Assembly: GCF_039654945.1 (NCBI RefSeq)
Contig: NW_027361788.1
Span: 5,208,001-5,272,000 of the forward strand
Source of the DNA: Dendrobates tinctorius
Taxonomy: Eukaryota
DNA: 64,000 nucleotides
Reading direction: 5' to 3'
In this document: in pieces, positions 1 through 14,225 of the stretch
How the letters are laid out: every line of letters begins with the position of its first letter
How positions within the stretch are numbered: the first letter of the stretch is position 1
Notes under the pieces: generated by a model
Told to the model about the DNA's origin: nothing
Seen by the model: only the letters and a program-made list of their open reading frames with translations
Databases searched by the model: none
Program-made: the position numbers and the translations under genes

Positions 1-500
1 GAGGGAGCGTCTGAGGGTGACTCCGGAAATATATACCGATATTTCAAATTTGGCCAACACTGTATACAGCTGTACGCTTCTGATACAGTAACCTTTTTTG
101 CTATTTAAGTTCTTGTGTAATCCATAATGAGCCTGTGAACGTCTGTCTGTTACTCCGGAAATATATTTGGAGATTTAATATTACCCCAACACTGTATACA
201 GCTGTACGCTTGTGTTACATTACCGATTTACAGCTTTTCATATTCTTGTGTAATCCAAACTGGGCCTGAGAGCGTTTGTGTCTGCCTCCTGAAATATATA
301 TGGAGATTCCTAATGTTTACACTATACTATATATACCTTGTATCTGGTGATACTGTACCCTTTTTCAACTTTTTATTTTATTGTGTACTCCATACTGAGC
401 CTGTGAGTGTCTGTGTATGACTCATGAAATATATACGGCGATTTACTGTTATCCCTAGACTGTATAGAGCTGTATGCTTCTGATACAGTACCATATATCT
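1..500. repeat. Diverged tandem repeat, ~132-bp unit, ~4 copies
   Basis: ctcc(g/t)gaaatatat-like motif recurs near 20, 152, 285 and 420. Confidence 0.8.
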
Positions 501-959
501 GATGGCATTTTGGGTCCATTTTCCAAAACATGAGGAAGTATGGTGGAAGAGGACGCGGACATGGGCATGGGGGGCCACCTGGTACTGATGGTGGTGTTGG
601 TGCATCTGCTGTTAGTGCCAAAAATACAATAGCAGCTAAGGCAGGAGGTGTTGAGCCTGCGTCATGGTGTAGCTCTGGAAGGCCTGGAAGGCTCCCTTTT
701 CTGTGAGTAGGTAGACTGCTTTTAAAGCCGGAGCATCAGGAACTGTTTTTGGCTTACATTGCTGAAACAGCCTCCAGCTCTATCGCCTCCTCTTCTGAAG
801 TTTAAAAAAATGCAAGCACTGAGTCATCAGTGCAGACTTCTGGTCAGGAGCAACCCCTTTCCTTGTGTCCTTCACCCACACCAAAAGTGAAGGATGCGGC
901 AGCACACACTTCAGATTACTCCATGGAGCTCTTTTCACATACCATGCCTGGGTTAATTA

Positions 960-1880
960 AAAATGGGGCCCATCATATACTGGAGCATTCCAACTGGGGG
1001 ACATCAGACACTGGAGCAGCATTTACGGTGCTCATTATACACTGGAGCATTAGAAATGGAGCCCATTATATATATGGAGAATTATCAGGGCCCATCATAC
1101 ACTGGACCATCATCCATGAGGCCCATCATATACTGGAGCATTCCAGATGGGAGACATCAGACACTGGAGCAGCATTTACAGGGCCCATTATACACTGGAG
1201 CATTAGAAATGGAGCCCATTATATATTGAGCATTATTTGGGCCCATAAGACACTGGAGCATCATCCATGGGGCCCATCATATACTGGAGCATTCTAAATG
1301 GGGCAAATCAGACACTGGAGCAGCATCTATGGGGCACATTATACACTGGAGCATTACAAATGGGGCCCATTATATATGGAGCATTATTTGGGCCCATAAG
1401 ACACTGGAGCATCATCCATGGGGCCCATCATATACTGGAGCATTCTAAATGGGGCAGATCAGACATTGAAGCAGCACCTATGGGGCACATTATACACTGG
1501 AGCATTACAAATGTTGCCCATTATATATGGAGCATTATTTGGACCCATAAGACACTGAAGCATCATCCATGGGGCCCATCATATCCTGGAGCATTCTATA
1601 TGGTGCCGATGAGACACTGGAGCAGCATCTATGGGGCATATTATACACTGGAGCATTACAAATGGGGCCCATTATATATGGAGCATTATTTGTGCCCATA
1701 ACACACTGGAGCATGGTCCATGGGGCAATCATATACTGTAGCATTATGTGGAGCTCATCATATAGTGTATGGAACATTATATGTGACCAATTAGTCTGTA
1801 TGGAGAAATATATGGGGCTCATTATTCTGTATGGCGCACAATGTGGTGGCCATAATACTATATGGAGTAATATACTGTCC
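960..1880. repeat. Minisatellite (atggggcccatcatatactggagca-like subunits) with 151-bp higher-order period
   Basis: gagcattattt recurs at about 1228, 1379, 1530 and 1681; the ORFs here are repeat artefacts. Confidence 0.9.
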
Positions 1881-2481
1881 TTTTTTTGAGCTTTTGTACA
1901 ATTTAAAATAGATCAGTCATGTCATGTAAGCAGTGAAGAATTTGTCATTGTACTATACCTATATTTCTGTGCCGTATCAGAGCATCATGAGTTGTGGTAT
2001 GTGTTAAAGGGGCGCACTGACACTCTTTGGCCCAAGGGCACACGAAAACCTGGAGCCAGCACTATTCCCCCACAACTTTAGCCAAATAACCCCCAGTTTT
2101 CAATGACTATTATTATGAAGTAAATTAAGGTTGACAAGCTTTAGTAATAAGAATTGATGTTTTTGGCATTGAAATGGGTACTGTAGGTGTGTTTACTGTC
2201 CTCCACTCCCTGCCGACTTTGCTTCCCCATTGATTTGCATTGGGTTTCGTGTTTCAGTCGGCCTCCGTCTTTTCGCTATAGTCAGCCGATTTCGTTCGAC
2301 CCAACTTTTGCGAAAGTCTCGACCCTAAATAAGGCAAAGTCGCTCTTCTCTACTTATAATCAATTATTGCAATAAAAACATGTTGACGGCACAAGCTGCT
2401 GAACTCGCTGATGTGTACACATTTAAGCCCTGGCCGTTTCTTACAGAGACTTCCCAATTTAAGCAAATTTAAAAAGCCTTT

Positions 2482-3193
2482 TGTCACAGGTTTACCAAGA
2501 CAGAGAGAAGCCAGAAGACCGCAGCGTCTGATTTCTCCTACTCCTGCACTGATTAGAAACACTTCACCTTCATATTAAATGGTGCAGGTTTCTTTTAGCA
2601 GTGCAAGAGTTAATCTGCCCAGGGTGAGAGCTCTTGGAGGCTTTCCTGCATTAAGGCTCTCAGCTCTTCACTGTTAGCCACTCCCCTCTCCTATATAGTC
2701 TGGGACCTGGCAAGCACTCATTGTCAGAGTCAGAGAGATAGCTTATGCTGCATGGTTTAGGATATGTTGGTTTGTTGCTGTTGTTTGAGAAGGCGATTAG
2801 TGGATTTATCTGAGACTGTTGCAAGGTTTTAATTGCATACTAATCCCTTCCTCCTCCTACTTTGGTTTTTCCCCATTCTCCTCTCCCCAGTGTTTACCTC
2901 TGTTGTTTGTGTGAGTATACAGTGTATTAGTATGATTGGTATTTTCCTTTATCACTGTTTGTATTACCTTATTAGTTTGGTTGGTGTATTACGGCATACT
3001 ACTAGTCTCCTTTTCCCTGGGTGGGGGAAGCGTACAGGCTGAGGGCGGATTCAGGTGCTCAGGCAAGGTATGTGGCCCTGGCATCTTCATCAGTAGAAGT
3101 AATCCAGGTAACAGGACGAGCTAGGGCTTCCCTACGGTTAGGGACAGGGAAGGAGCCACTGTTTCCAGGATACCTGACGACAGAGTCGTGACA
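2482..3193. mobile_element. Solo LTR
   Basis: TGTCAC...GTGACA termini; 5-bp TSD CCTTT at 2477-2481 and 3194-3198. Confidence 0.85.
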
Positions 3194-3324
3194 CCTTTCA
3201 ATGCTTTATTGGAGGAGTTCTTCACTCAATTACTAACTAAGAGGGCACAGATAAAGGCAATATAAGTTAGTTATTGTTCTCCTTTAAGGCAACGTTCTCA
3301 CAATGAGTATTTGGTGAATGATGT

Positions 3325-3420
3325 TTATTTATTTATTTTATTCACTTATATAGCGCCATTAAATCCACAGCGCTTTACAAACTTTATTGACACTGTTCCC
3401 ATTAGGGCTCACAATCTAGA
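3325..3420 (-). mobile_element. L2-type LINE/SINE 3' tail fragment
   Basis: (ttta)n followed by ttatatagcgcc...cagcgctttaca, similar to the L2 3' end at about 41340-41385. Confidence 0.5.
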
Positions 3421-6400
3421 TGTTGTAGGTTATCTTCAACCTATTAGATAAATTAATTTACTCACATTTTTTTCATTACATTTTCAAGTGTGTTTTTAAA
3501 TTGAAGCTGCGCTTTTCTGTCTCTTTATGGTGTGTTTCGTTTTAAATAAAGCTGCTTTGTTTTTGATACTTCCTGGTATTTGGGTTTGGCAAAACTTTAT
3601 TGATCATGTCACATGCAGATTACATGACCTTTTAGTGCATTTCCTCTGCACATAAAACTCAGCGTACCCGCATGAAAAAGTGATGTGTTGTAGATTTCAA
3701 AGCGATTGGGCAGGAGATTTCTATAAATCCCAAACGCTTTGCTGGAATTGTAAGATGCCGTGTTTCTGGTAGAGCAAAAATGCACAGGTTCAATAACGTA
3801 ACTAACTTAACCTAAGGCGTTTGATTTTCACTTACCAATGCTTGCTATGTTTTTCATTGATGGCACTTGTACCTGTGAAAGTCTATGGTGCCATTCACAG
3901 AGATGTGTTCGATTTTGATCCGAAGGCTGGATGAAAATTGGCAATGCAAGCCTTTGGGTATGTGAAAAAAATCAGACTGCACTCTGATGACATCCGAGTG
4001 TTGTCCTATTTTTATGGACTATCATAATGGAGAAAGTGGAGAAACCCTTTTTTTCTCTCCACTTCTCCACTTATGGGAAAAACTGATGACAATCGGACCA
4101 CATTCTGATCAAAGTCTAAACAGACTATCCAGTCCTTTTCTCAAGTACATGAGAAAATCTGATGTCTGAATGAGGCCTAAGACTGGATAGGTAATTCTAC
4201 AGGAAGCTCTTGTAAGGTGCAGCAGACATGACCGAGCTGCTGTCCGGTTACGTTCTAGCATTTTGCAAACAGTGTCCCATTTCCACTTTGCTTTCGGGTG
4301 TAGTGTGCATTAAAGTCACATGTAGGCCGCAGACCTCTGCTGCCTCCAGGCTCCCATCCTCAGGAGCCACTGCACACAATTCAGGGGACACCAAGTTCTT
4401 TACAATAAGCAAACAATAAGCAAACTTTTTCTGGTCAGTTAGAGTTCATCAGAGGTGACATGTGGGATAGGGCACAGCATTTAACGTTACCTTCTTCCTT
4501 AGTATGACCCCTCTCCAGCCCTGCCACTCATTCATCCAGGACTACCCCTAAACCCATTAACTCCATAAGCCTCAGGAATTTCCTTTCCACTTCAGCAGTG
4601 CACTCGGGATGTTACAGGAATGTCCGCAAGTAATATTAGTATGGCCTCCCATTGCCTCAAACAATTGGCACATGCTGCCCCTAGCAGCCCACTCCACCTG
4701 CAATTGACCCGCACACTGCACTTCTCTATCTTCTTCACTGCCACCTTTTAATAACACTAGTTCCCACCCATTAGGCTAGTTCTATTGCTAAACCACTTAC
4801 TACATAAACAATAGCTAGTCTAATTCTGTGCTTACCCTGCACTATGCACTACTCACATTCTGCATTAACCCCTTACAATCCTTACGTTACCATAACATAT
4901 ATATAACATTATATAAGACGCATATCACTATGCAAATTGTTGTACATAAAAAACTGGCCTAAGCTTTTACTGGTGGTTCAGTCGCTCGATCCTTGTTCAC
5001 ATTCACGCCACTTGGCAAGTGAAAAGGTTTTAAATACTAGAGTAGGGACTGTCCCACAAGGGTTGCCGTGACGTGGCGGGATGGCTTCTACATTATTTTG
5101 ATCAAAATTATGTTTACTAAATACCCTCATTACTATTATTATTACCTTTATGCATTATTTGCAGTTTATTTTTTACTTTTTATTTCAGGATATTTGTGCT
5201 TTTTGCTTTTTGTTTTGTCAAATTACTGTACATGTAAAACCGCATGATACTATACACACAGCATGATTTTTGCCTTTAGCGGCAGGAACAGTCCACATCC
5301 CTACACTCCTGCCATTCTTTACCCCCTACTAGGACTCATGCCTAGTGGTTGTCCAGTGGTCACAGCCCTTTAAATGAGAAATGCTCCCCTTTAAACAGGA
5401 CTGCGCTTCTAGTTTTTCTCATGCACTATAAAGCACTCTGAGTTTAATGCCTCAACACCAAACTGATATAAATGGTGAAGTACCATCAAACACAGTTTTC
5501 ATTCATTTTGTCAGTAATGTGCCTTTTCTTGTCTGTTCTACAGATAACAAGCTCTATCTAAAGCAACTTGCTGTGAGAACACTTACCCTCCATCCAGTTT
5601 TTCTTCATAATGAGTAAATTGCTTGGTTCTGAAAACTGGAGGCAGCGCTGTGTATAATTGCTTAAAAAAGAAAAAAAAATCTTTCGCCACAAAGACAAGT
5701 AATCAATAGCCATCATAATCTTTGTATCCGGAGACAGTGATACATTGTAGAAACAGCGAGCAGACAACATTATAGCTATCCTTTACTGCCGCCATCATCA
5801 GGAGTTTTCTTATTACCTGTCTTACAACTTTGCAGTCTTGTAAACAAGAATAATCTCTCTTTGGAATTAAACTTCAAAGTATCCAAAGTTTATAACTAGG
5901 AGAGAAAACTATGGCGTTTAGTACTCTCCCGCTATAACTAAGATGAAAAGCAGCAAACACATTAAAAAAAACTGGTTTCTTTTTTTGTTGAGAAATCTCT
6001 ACTGACAGATCAGACCTACTGATATGCATCCTTCTCTAGGGTGTATTAAGAGAGTATACCAATGTACAGCACCCCATACACTTGTAGATAGCTGTTGGCA
6101 GCACAATGGTTTGACCAACTAATATCTCTCCTGATTCCTTCATTCACAGGAACACTTTCCTTAGCTGAGCGCTCCTCTGTCCTCCATGAGAGAGCCACTC
6201 CCAGACTCATATCTCGCAAAGAATAAACGACAGGCTATCCCAATAATTAGCATTCCGGATCCTTCTCTTCCCCAACATCATCTGTCTAGGAAGACTTGGG
6301 ACACTCCGATACATATTAGACTGCCATCCCAGCCTGAATTCAATGGATTTGTGTCTTCTTTCAACTAGAGATGAGCGACTTTGCCTTTTTTCGGGTCGAG

Positions 6401-7812
6401 TCGGGTTTCATGAAACCCGACTTTCTCAAAAGTCGGGTCGAATGAAATCGGCCGATTATCGTGAAAAGTCGAAGGCCGACTGAAACACGAAACCCAATGC
6501 AAGTCAATGGGGAAGAAAAGTCGGCAGTGAGTGGAGGACAGGAAACACACCTACAGTGCCCATTTCAATGTCAAAAACATCAATTCTTATTACTGAAGCT
6601 TGTCAACCTTCATTTACTTTATAATAATAGTTAGGCATTGAAAACTGGGGGTTATTTGGCTAAAGTTGTGGGAGGGGGTAGGGCTGGCTCCAGATTTTCG
6701 TGGGCCCTGGGCCAAAGAGTGTCACTGGGCTCTTTTAACACATGCCACAATTCATGATCCTCTGATACGGCAGAGAAATAGCGGTATAGTACAATGAAAA
6801 ATACTTTACTTCTTACATCTCATGACTGATATCCATTTTAAATTCTCCAATAGCTCCCAAAACGGACAGTATATTACTCCATACAGTATTATGGCCACCG
6901 CATAGAGCGCTATACAGAGTAATGAGGCCCATATATTTCTCCATACAGAATCATTGGTCCCATATAATGTTTGAAACAGTATATGATGAGCTCCACATAA
7001 TGCTACAGTATATGTTGGTCCCCATGGATGAAGCTCCACTGTGTTATGGGCCCAAATAATGCTCCATATATAATGGGGCCCATTTCTAATGCTCCAGTGC
7101 ATAATGGGCCCTGTAAATGCTGCTCCAGTGTCTGATGTCCACCTTTGGAATGCTCCAGTGTATGGTGGGCCTCATCTATCATTCTCCAGAGTATAGTGCA
7201 CCCCAAAAATAGCTGTCCCAACATTGGAAACAATTAAATAAGTCTCCTCGCTAGGGAATCCCTGTAATATTCTGGACTCCTCGTCATCCCCATCTTCCAT
7301 CTCACTGCACTTGGACTGTTTAGGCAGAGGGCGTACAGACCTGATGTCATCGCGCTCTCTGACCAGAATGTCACTGTCAGGAAACGCGGAAGACGTCACG
7401 GCGGTGGAGCAGGGAGAGGTAAGTATATCAACTTTGCAAGTGCTGTGATCCTGAGCAAGCAGGGGGGGGCCCACTCGTTGGCGACGGCACTGGCACAGGG
7501 CCCCTCATAGTACGGCGGTGTGTCTGACGGCGAGTGGGCCCTCCCACCGGCAGAGACACTTTTGCGTACTATGAGGGGCCCTGTCCCAGTTCCGTCGCCC
7601 ATGAAGTATGCCCCCCCACCTGCTCAAGGAACCTGCACTTTCATCTGCACCTCTCTCTTTGTCACCGTGTAAGGTGGTATAGTATGCGGGAAAGGGAACC
7701 TGAGTTTTTTATCAGGATCAGATTCTGGCTGTGTAGAGTGCGAGGGGAATGTAGTGGTCTGGGTCAATGTACCAGCAGAATCATCTAGCAGTGGCTGGGC
7801 ATCAGTGCACTT

Positions 7813-8105
7813 GTGGCGCCCCCAGGAGTACGGTCGCCACAGTGGCTTTACCTTCCTCCTAGGGAGTGTGATGTCATGATTGGGAGCAACAAAGGATCTC
7901 TCTAGAAGTTAAACCAACACACAACACAGTTCCTACTCCAGGCCAGCAGGGAGACCTCTGAACCTGACTGCTGAGGAGCTGCTCTCTGTGGTCGGGAGGA
8001 GGTAAGTTAGGGCAGTCTATGAAGGGAAGGGGAAGTGTGTGGACTTGAGAAGGGGAGCTGGAGGATGAGCAGAGTTAAGGCCCACTCCTAGCTGGAGCAC
8101 ATGGT
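7813..8105. mobile_element. LTR fragment nested in hAT; same family as 8813-9814, inverted
   Basis: tgtggcgcccccaggagtacggtcgccacagtggc... is the near reverse complement of about 9760-9814; right boundary approximate. Confidence 0.55.
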
Positions 8106-8812
8106 GTCAGGCCCAGTAGAGATTACACCTCAATGTAACAGGCTGAAATTGGATGGTGAATGACAAGGTGGAGGGTGTCTATAGGATTGGTGAGAATTTG
8201 AATCTCACTAGAGATTTGAGGACGCTGAACTATTGTCTCAGGCCCAGGAGAGATTACACCTCAATGTAACAGGCCGAAATTGGATGGTGTATGACAAGGT
8301 GGAGGGTGTCTATAGGATTGGTGAGATTTTGGATCTCACTAGAGATTTGAGGACACTGACAATGATGCTCTCAGTCCAAGTATGGGTGCAGGCAGCCTAA
8401 TAAGCAGGACTGCTGCACAGTGCACACACAAAAGGTTGGAAAAATGAACGCTTGGTAACTGTGTAGAAAAGAGGAAGAAAAGAATTTTTGCTTTTAAAAA
8501 AGCAGTTTGCACAGCAGTGTGCAAACAGCAATGCAGCTATCAGGGAGCCTTATAAGGCAGCCTAATAACCAACAGAGCTGATGCACAAAAATAGAGCCTC
8601 CCCTGTCACTGCACACAAAGTGTTGTGTTGTAAGTGGAAATCGCTAACAGCAGAAGCAGTTTTTTGGTTCTTCTTCCCTGCCTAATGCTCTCCCTACGGA
8701 ATCAGCAGCAGCTCTCCCTATGCTAAGATCGGCATAAGTAAGATGGCGGTCGGCGTTCACGCCCTTTTATAACCCCTGTGACGCCACACAAAGCCAGCCA
8801 ATCACTTGCATG

Positions 8813-9814
8813 TGGTCGGTACCGGGCCGGTATCAGTGGGATGTGTCACAGCAGCGGTGACCCGGACCGCGGCCCTGGGCGCCCAAGTAATAGGAAAATA
8901 TGAATGGTGGAATGTAGTTAGATGAATAGTTCGTGACGCCACCTGTGGTGCTCGGCAAGGGAGGTGTTAAGCCGACGCTGCATGCAGATCCACTGGGACT
9001 GATGGTATGGTGCAGCAAAGATGTATAAGCTCCCCACAGGTGAAGCTATAGTCCCAGGGCAGTGTAGATGTGGTTGGCACGGGGATGTAGTGGTGCCGGA
9101 AAGGAAGGAAGCAGACAAGACACAGCGGGGTGCAATTTCTGTACCTTTACTTGGTAACTGCAGTCCAGGGTCCTGATTACAGATGGTATTGGAGCAGGCT
9201 AGCCTGGAAGCAATTCAGGGATTCTCTCTCAGCAGATGGGTTGTGCAGTCTCCTTACTAGCGCTTATTCGAATGAAGTACTCCCAGTACTGAGTTACACT
9301 GGAGTTCCTCCGGACAGATGTTTTCAAGAACCTCACTTGCATGGCAGACAGCTGTAGCCTCTCTCGGGGACTCCTCTCTCCTGTGTCCCGGCTCACTACC
9401 AAGCTGCTGTTGTGCCCTCAAGTCTTAGATGGGAGCAGGGCATTTACAGCCTCCTACTCCTCTGGTGTCTGTTGCAGGACCGTTAGTATCTGTACAACCG
9501 TGGACACCAGGCTCCAGTTCATGCGCTCTCTCCAGAGATGAGCTTGTCCTCTCCGCTCTATCTCAGCGCTTCTTCCACACATCTGCACACTTCACCCTCC
9601 GCAGACTATCTAACTCACCCCTTCCTCTTGGCCCTCAGAGAGCACTCCTCCCCATAATCCCGGTTCAGAGTTCCCCCTGCTGGCCTGGAGTGGAACTGTT
9701 TTGCATGTATAGATTGACTGCGAGAGAGACCCATCATTGCCTCCAAGCCTGGTCTTACCCTCCCCTGGAGGAAGGCAAAGCCACTGTGGCGACCATACCC
9801 CTGGTGGCGCCACA
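8813..9814. mobile_element. Solo LTR nested in the hAT element
   Basis: TG...CA termini with flanking CATG repeats (8809-8812, 9815-9818). Confidence 0.6.
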
Positions 9815-10090
9815 CATGCCCTTCTCAAAGATGGTGGTGACCGATGCCTATGTCATCGCATTGTCCACAGTGTGCGTCCTCCATCATTGGCTGAAAAAGG
9901 GCGCTGGAAGCATCTTTTGAAACACGACTTTGGCGCTCTGGTCGCCGACCTCGTGGCCGACCTCACGCTATGGTAGGGTTTTGTTTCATGAAACCCGACT
10001 TCAGCGAAAGTCGGCGACTTTTGAATATGACCGACCCTTTTCGCTCAACTCTACTTTCAACCTTTGACACCATGGATAGGTCATCATAAC

Positions 10091-10888
10091 TAGTGTTGAG
10101 CATTCCGATACTGCAATATCGGGTATCAGCCGATATTCGCTGTATCGGAGTTCCGATACTTTTAGAATATCGAATGCCAGAATCGGAAATTCCAATAATG
10201 CAATGAGCCATTTTGATTTTATTCAGCCAATGAGGAATCCTAAGAAGTGTGGGCACATCCTGTTATGCATGTTAGGCATGTTAACTAATGGCATGGCTGT
10301 GAATGGCTGCGAGCAGACCACCCAGCTGCTCATCCCCCAGACACACGCTGAACAGTGATCTATGGAAACTGAAACTAGTGAGGGAGGAGGAAATGACCAG
10401 TTCTCATTTCAATGCCAGAACACCCCCCCCAGACGTTTATCTTAGAAGCAAGAGATGATATCTTGGAAACCGTGCAGACTAGCCACAGAAGGTAAATTAC
10501 TTATTGTTAGCATTCTGCAGCCCAGATATGCACTGAGATTATGTGAAAAGCCTGGACAACCCGTTTAACATAGTCAATATCTTTGTAACTCCAAACGTCT
10601 TAAAAAAAAAATTAATTCCTGCTATTCCATTTGATTGAGCTAAACCTCTATGCCTTTAATGTCTCCTTCACCTCCGCCAATACATTCTACATTATTTTTA
10701 GTTGTTTTCCTTCATGTAGAATTAACCTACAAGGAAAGTAAGGGTTTTTTTTCATTCCGATATTTGTGTCCCATTGACTTGCATTGGTTTCCAGTATCGG
10801 AATCGGCGTTATCCGATATTTTTGGGGTATCGGTCCGATCCAATCAGATCCAATATTTCCCGATATCGGAAGGTATCGCTCAACACTA
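10091..10888. mobile_element. hAT-type MITE
   Basis: TIR TAGTGTTGAGC/GCTCAACACTA; 8-bp TSD ATCATAAC/GTCATAAC (7/8); subterminal ccgata repeats. Confidence 0.85.
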
Positions 10889-13166
10889 GTCATAACCATT
10901 AGATCGGTGTTGGCCCCATCACCAGAATCCCCACAGATCACCATAATTAAATACTTGTGTCCTCTGTTCACTTTTGCTTAGCTCTTGGACATAAAACCGT
11001 GAGCACAAGAAGTTGGATGGAGCAGCAGGTTGTTCAGTTGCCCAACAGTTTCATTAAAAGTCTATGACGCCAGCAAAGATGGCACAGCATCACTGGAACC
11101 TCCACCAGTTGCCAAAATGGGGAACTGGTGTCCCCTGTTCTTCTCTGGCTGCAAAACGTCAACTAGGAGCAGTAGGAGTCAATCATAAAGTGGACCTCTC
11201 ACCAGGCCAGATTTTTGCTCTTATTTTATTCCCCCTGCTCTCCTGAGTATTCCACTTTTTTAAATACACCATACAGTTGCAAAAATTATTAAATACTAAT
11301 TTTCACTGACTTTATCAAGGAGGCATGGTTAACAAGATCCCCTGGGGCGTATCTTTAGATTGCATTAATACCCTGGGAGCCACACCTCTTGGCATAGATC
11401 ATTAAAATTGACACTAAATGAAAGGGTCCATATCGCCAGAGCCATGTGGCAGAGGGGAGCAGCGGGAATAAAAAGAAAACCAAAAACTGGCCACTTACGA
11501 CCTGGTGACTCTATTAGCGATTTATGGTCTGTAAATGATCTTACACACCATCTTTTTATTTAAATTACAAACTTTTCTGTACCCTTTTTAGCTAGCTTGG
11601 ATATTCTGCCATTTGTCCTTCTGTAGTTTCCTGCAGAACTGGAAATTCGTGATATAGAATTTGAATATACAATCATTTCGTCTGAACCCTATTCACTTTT
11701 TCTAGTAGTATACTTGGAAATTTTCAGTTATTACTATAATGTACATTAACCATATAGTGTTAGATCACTGCTGGTCCCACCGCTGACACCCCCCACAATT
11801 ATTTCCTCATTGCTAGTGTAAAGGTATGACAAAAATGTTGTTATGGTACTGCTACACTTATAGTGTATTATCACTCATATGGAAGGGTATTGCTATACCT
11901 ACTGGTGTATTACCTTAGAAGTTAAATCTATAATGTGTATATATGTTCTGCTATGTCTTTATGTATACTGTCTTATATCTTGGGGAGCATTTTAGTACAC
12001 ACTGTTCCCAGTATAGTGTAGAAAGTAAGTAAATGGTTAAGCACATAGGAGGGGCTGCCGAGAGTTAAGGTTAGAGCAGAAGGGAAGTTAGTCAGATGGG
12101 GCCAGGGTGCCCAAAGTGTCCACATGGGCTATAGGCCCAGGACGGTTAAGCAGCTGCAGCCCACGTTACCCACGGTCACTGGGCATCATTGCAGAAAAAG
12201 ACATGGCGACTCGTAGCCTTGGCGGATGCCTTTAGGGCGGGAGTCGGTTGGAGTGAGGAACAGAAGGAAGTTGAAGCTTCGCAGGGAATGGTACAGAAGG
12301 GCCAGATGCTTTTACAGTGGCAATAAACCGGGTGGCAGGTGATTTCAAGTCTAGGGCAAAACAGCCAGAAGGAATTGTCATTATGGTGAGATAAGGCCAG
12401 GAAGAATCTGGTGAGCAGTCTAAGATGGTTCAGTCTGGACGTGTGCCATACAGAAGCGACAGCAAAGTAGGGAAAACTGAGGTAATGAGTACAGTTGAAT
12501 GTGAATTCCATGATGTACCAACTGTGGATATAATGTGTGAAGTTCTAAGTAAAGAAAATGTTCAAGTTATTCTGGACTGTGTCTCTATCACTGGGGGTCA
12601 CCTGGAAGAAGGGCCATCGCTGCCTGGGAAGCGCCCAGGGGGACCCGAGCCTGAAGACGTCGGTATGCTGAGCAATCAATTTCAGTTTTATGTGAGGGAA
12701 GGTCGGGACAGAGATGCTTCAGTGTCTCTGGCCATGACTACCGTCCTGGCCTCCCTTTACACTAGCCACAGCTGTAGATTTGTGTACCCCATGTTAGTGG
12801 TCACTTGAGGTTCCAGCAGTAAGGCTAGGTCCACTTTAACCATCGTACTAATGGTGCACATGCACTGGAACCCTTTGGCAGTCTGGCATCAGCCTCACTT
12901 CCACATGTTAGGAGCATTCATTCTCGATCCACCATTTAACATAGCAGACACAGGAAGTCATCGCCTGCTGTGGGCCTCTGACAATGGAGAACGTCAGCAA
13001 AGATTTTGCAAAGAGTTGTCACATGATTACACACAAGAGCACCACCATCTTGTTTTTCATTTGGCTCACCAGTAAGATGAAACATCCCTGAGGGAGCCTC
13101 ACATAATATAAAATGGGTCACTTCTACTGTGGATTGTTGATAATTTTTGTTTTTAGTAGTAAACCC

Positions 13167-14225
13167 TTAAAGATGTTTTACTCTTTTAGGAAAGGGGACC
13201 CAATTGCAGTAAAATACCTAAAATAGCAAACAAAGCAGGAACTCATCCTTTCCCCTGTGCAGTGCTAGCTCCCCGTTGCTGCTCTGGTCTGTGCTTTGGC
13301 AGCATTAATAATGTCACGCTTAGGCCGGGGTCACACTAACCGACGCAAAATACGGTCAGTATTTTACATGCGTAATACGGATGAATGGCCCCTAAACAGT
13401 GCTCCGTATGTCATCCATAATCAAGGTGTGGTCGCGTATTTTGCGCATGTAAGCATCCGTATGTAATCCGTACGGCATCCGTATGGCGAGATTTTCTCGC
13501 AGGCTTGCAAAATGGACATATAATGAAGCCCTATGACAGGGTTTATAACAGAAACCAAAAAATAGATATAGACACATAGAATGCATATATATATATATAT
13601 GTATTCTATGTGTCTATATCTATTCATTCGTTTCTTTAAACCTGTCAGTGTGAGTTTACTGTATCGTGCACTGAATTGCCGGCTTTGCTAAAAGACACCG
13701 GGTGCGTATTTCTCGCAAGTCACATGTGTGGTCCGTGTGTAATCCGTATTTTTTGCGCACCCATAGACTTGCATTGGCGTACTACGGCCGTAGTACGCTG
13801 ACAATCGCAGCATGCTGCGATTGGCACGGACCGTAGAATACGGATGAGAAATATACGGCTGGTGCGAGGGACCCCATAGAGAATCTTTGGTCCGTGTCTA
13901 ATACGTGCTTTTAGCACCTCTCACTCGGCCGTATTCCTCGCCAGTGTGACCCCGGCCTAATGGTGCATATCACCGGTGTAGCAAATTGCTGAGCTCAGCA
14001 GCTGTGTCACATTAGACAGCACAAGACATTGACCTCACTGATTAGCTACAGCGGTGATGGATGCTGATGACGTAACATCACCGCTGCAGCCAAAACACCC
14101 TGATGCCAAGGAACTTTGGGAATCCGCCACTGAAAAGGGAAAGGGTGACTACCTGCTCTGTTTTCTATTTTATGTATTTTGCAGCATTTGGGATCCACTT
14201 TGGTAAAAAGGGAAAATTCCTTTAA
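13167..14225. mobile_element. Old palindromic TTAA-flanked (T2/Kolobok-type) MITE interrupted by a Harbinger MITE
   Basis: About 13170-13255 is an imperfect reverse complement of about 14135-14222; TTAA at both ends. Confidence 0.5.
13323..13957. mobile_element. PIF/Harbinger-type MITE
   Basis: Perfect 15-bp TIR GGCCGGGGTCACACT; TWA flanks (TTA/TAA); central near-perfect palindrome at 13561-13624. Confidence 0.85.

Larger units (their letters stand above)
1..2352. mobile_element. Non-autonomous hAT-type DNA transposon, one end only (other end outside the window); same family as 6366-10053, opposite orientation
   Basis: Ends in ...gtcgctcttctcta (reverse complement TAGAGAAGAGCGAC, cf. TAGAGATGAGCGAC at 6366); about 1640-2352 is the reverse complement of about 6366-7170; carries internal tandem repeats. 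Confidence 0.8.
6366..10053. mobile_element. Non-autonomous hAT DNA transposon with both termini
   Basis: TIRs TAGAGATGAGCGA / TCGCTCAACTCTA (12/13 match); perfect 8-bp TSD CTTTCAAC (6358-6365, 10054-10061); no transposase ORF; internal 131-bp duplication (about 8110-8360) and nested LTR pieces. Confidence 0.92.

Noticed and set aside
11900-12810. Possible old LTRs (also about 4210-4930, 16640-17075, 50596-51194)
   Set aside because: LTR-like composition, but termini and TSDs could not be confirmed by eye.
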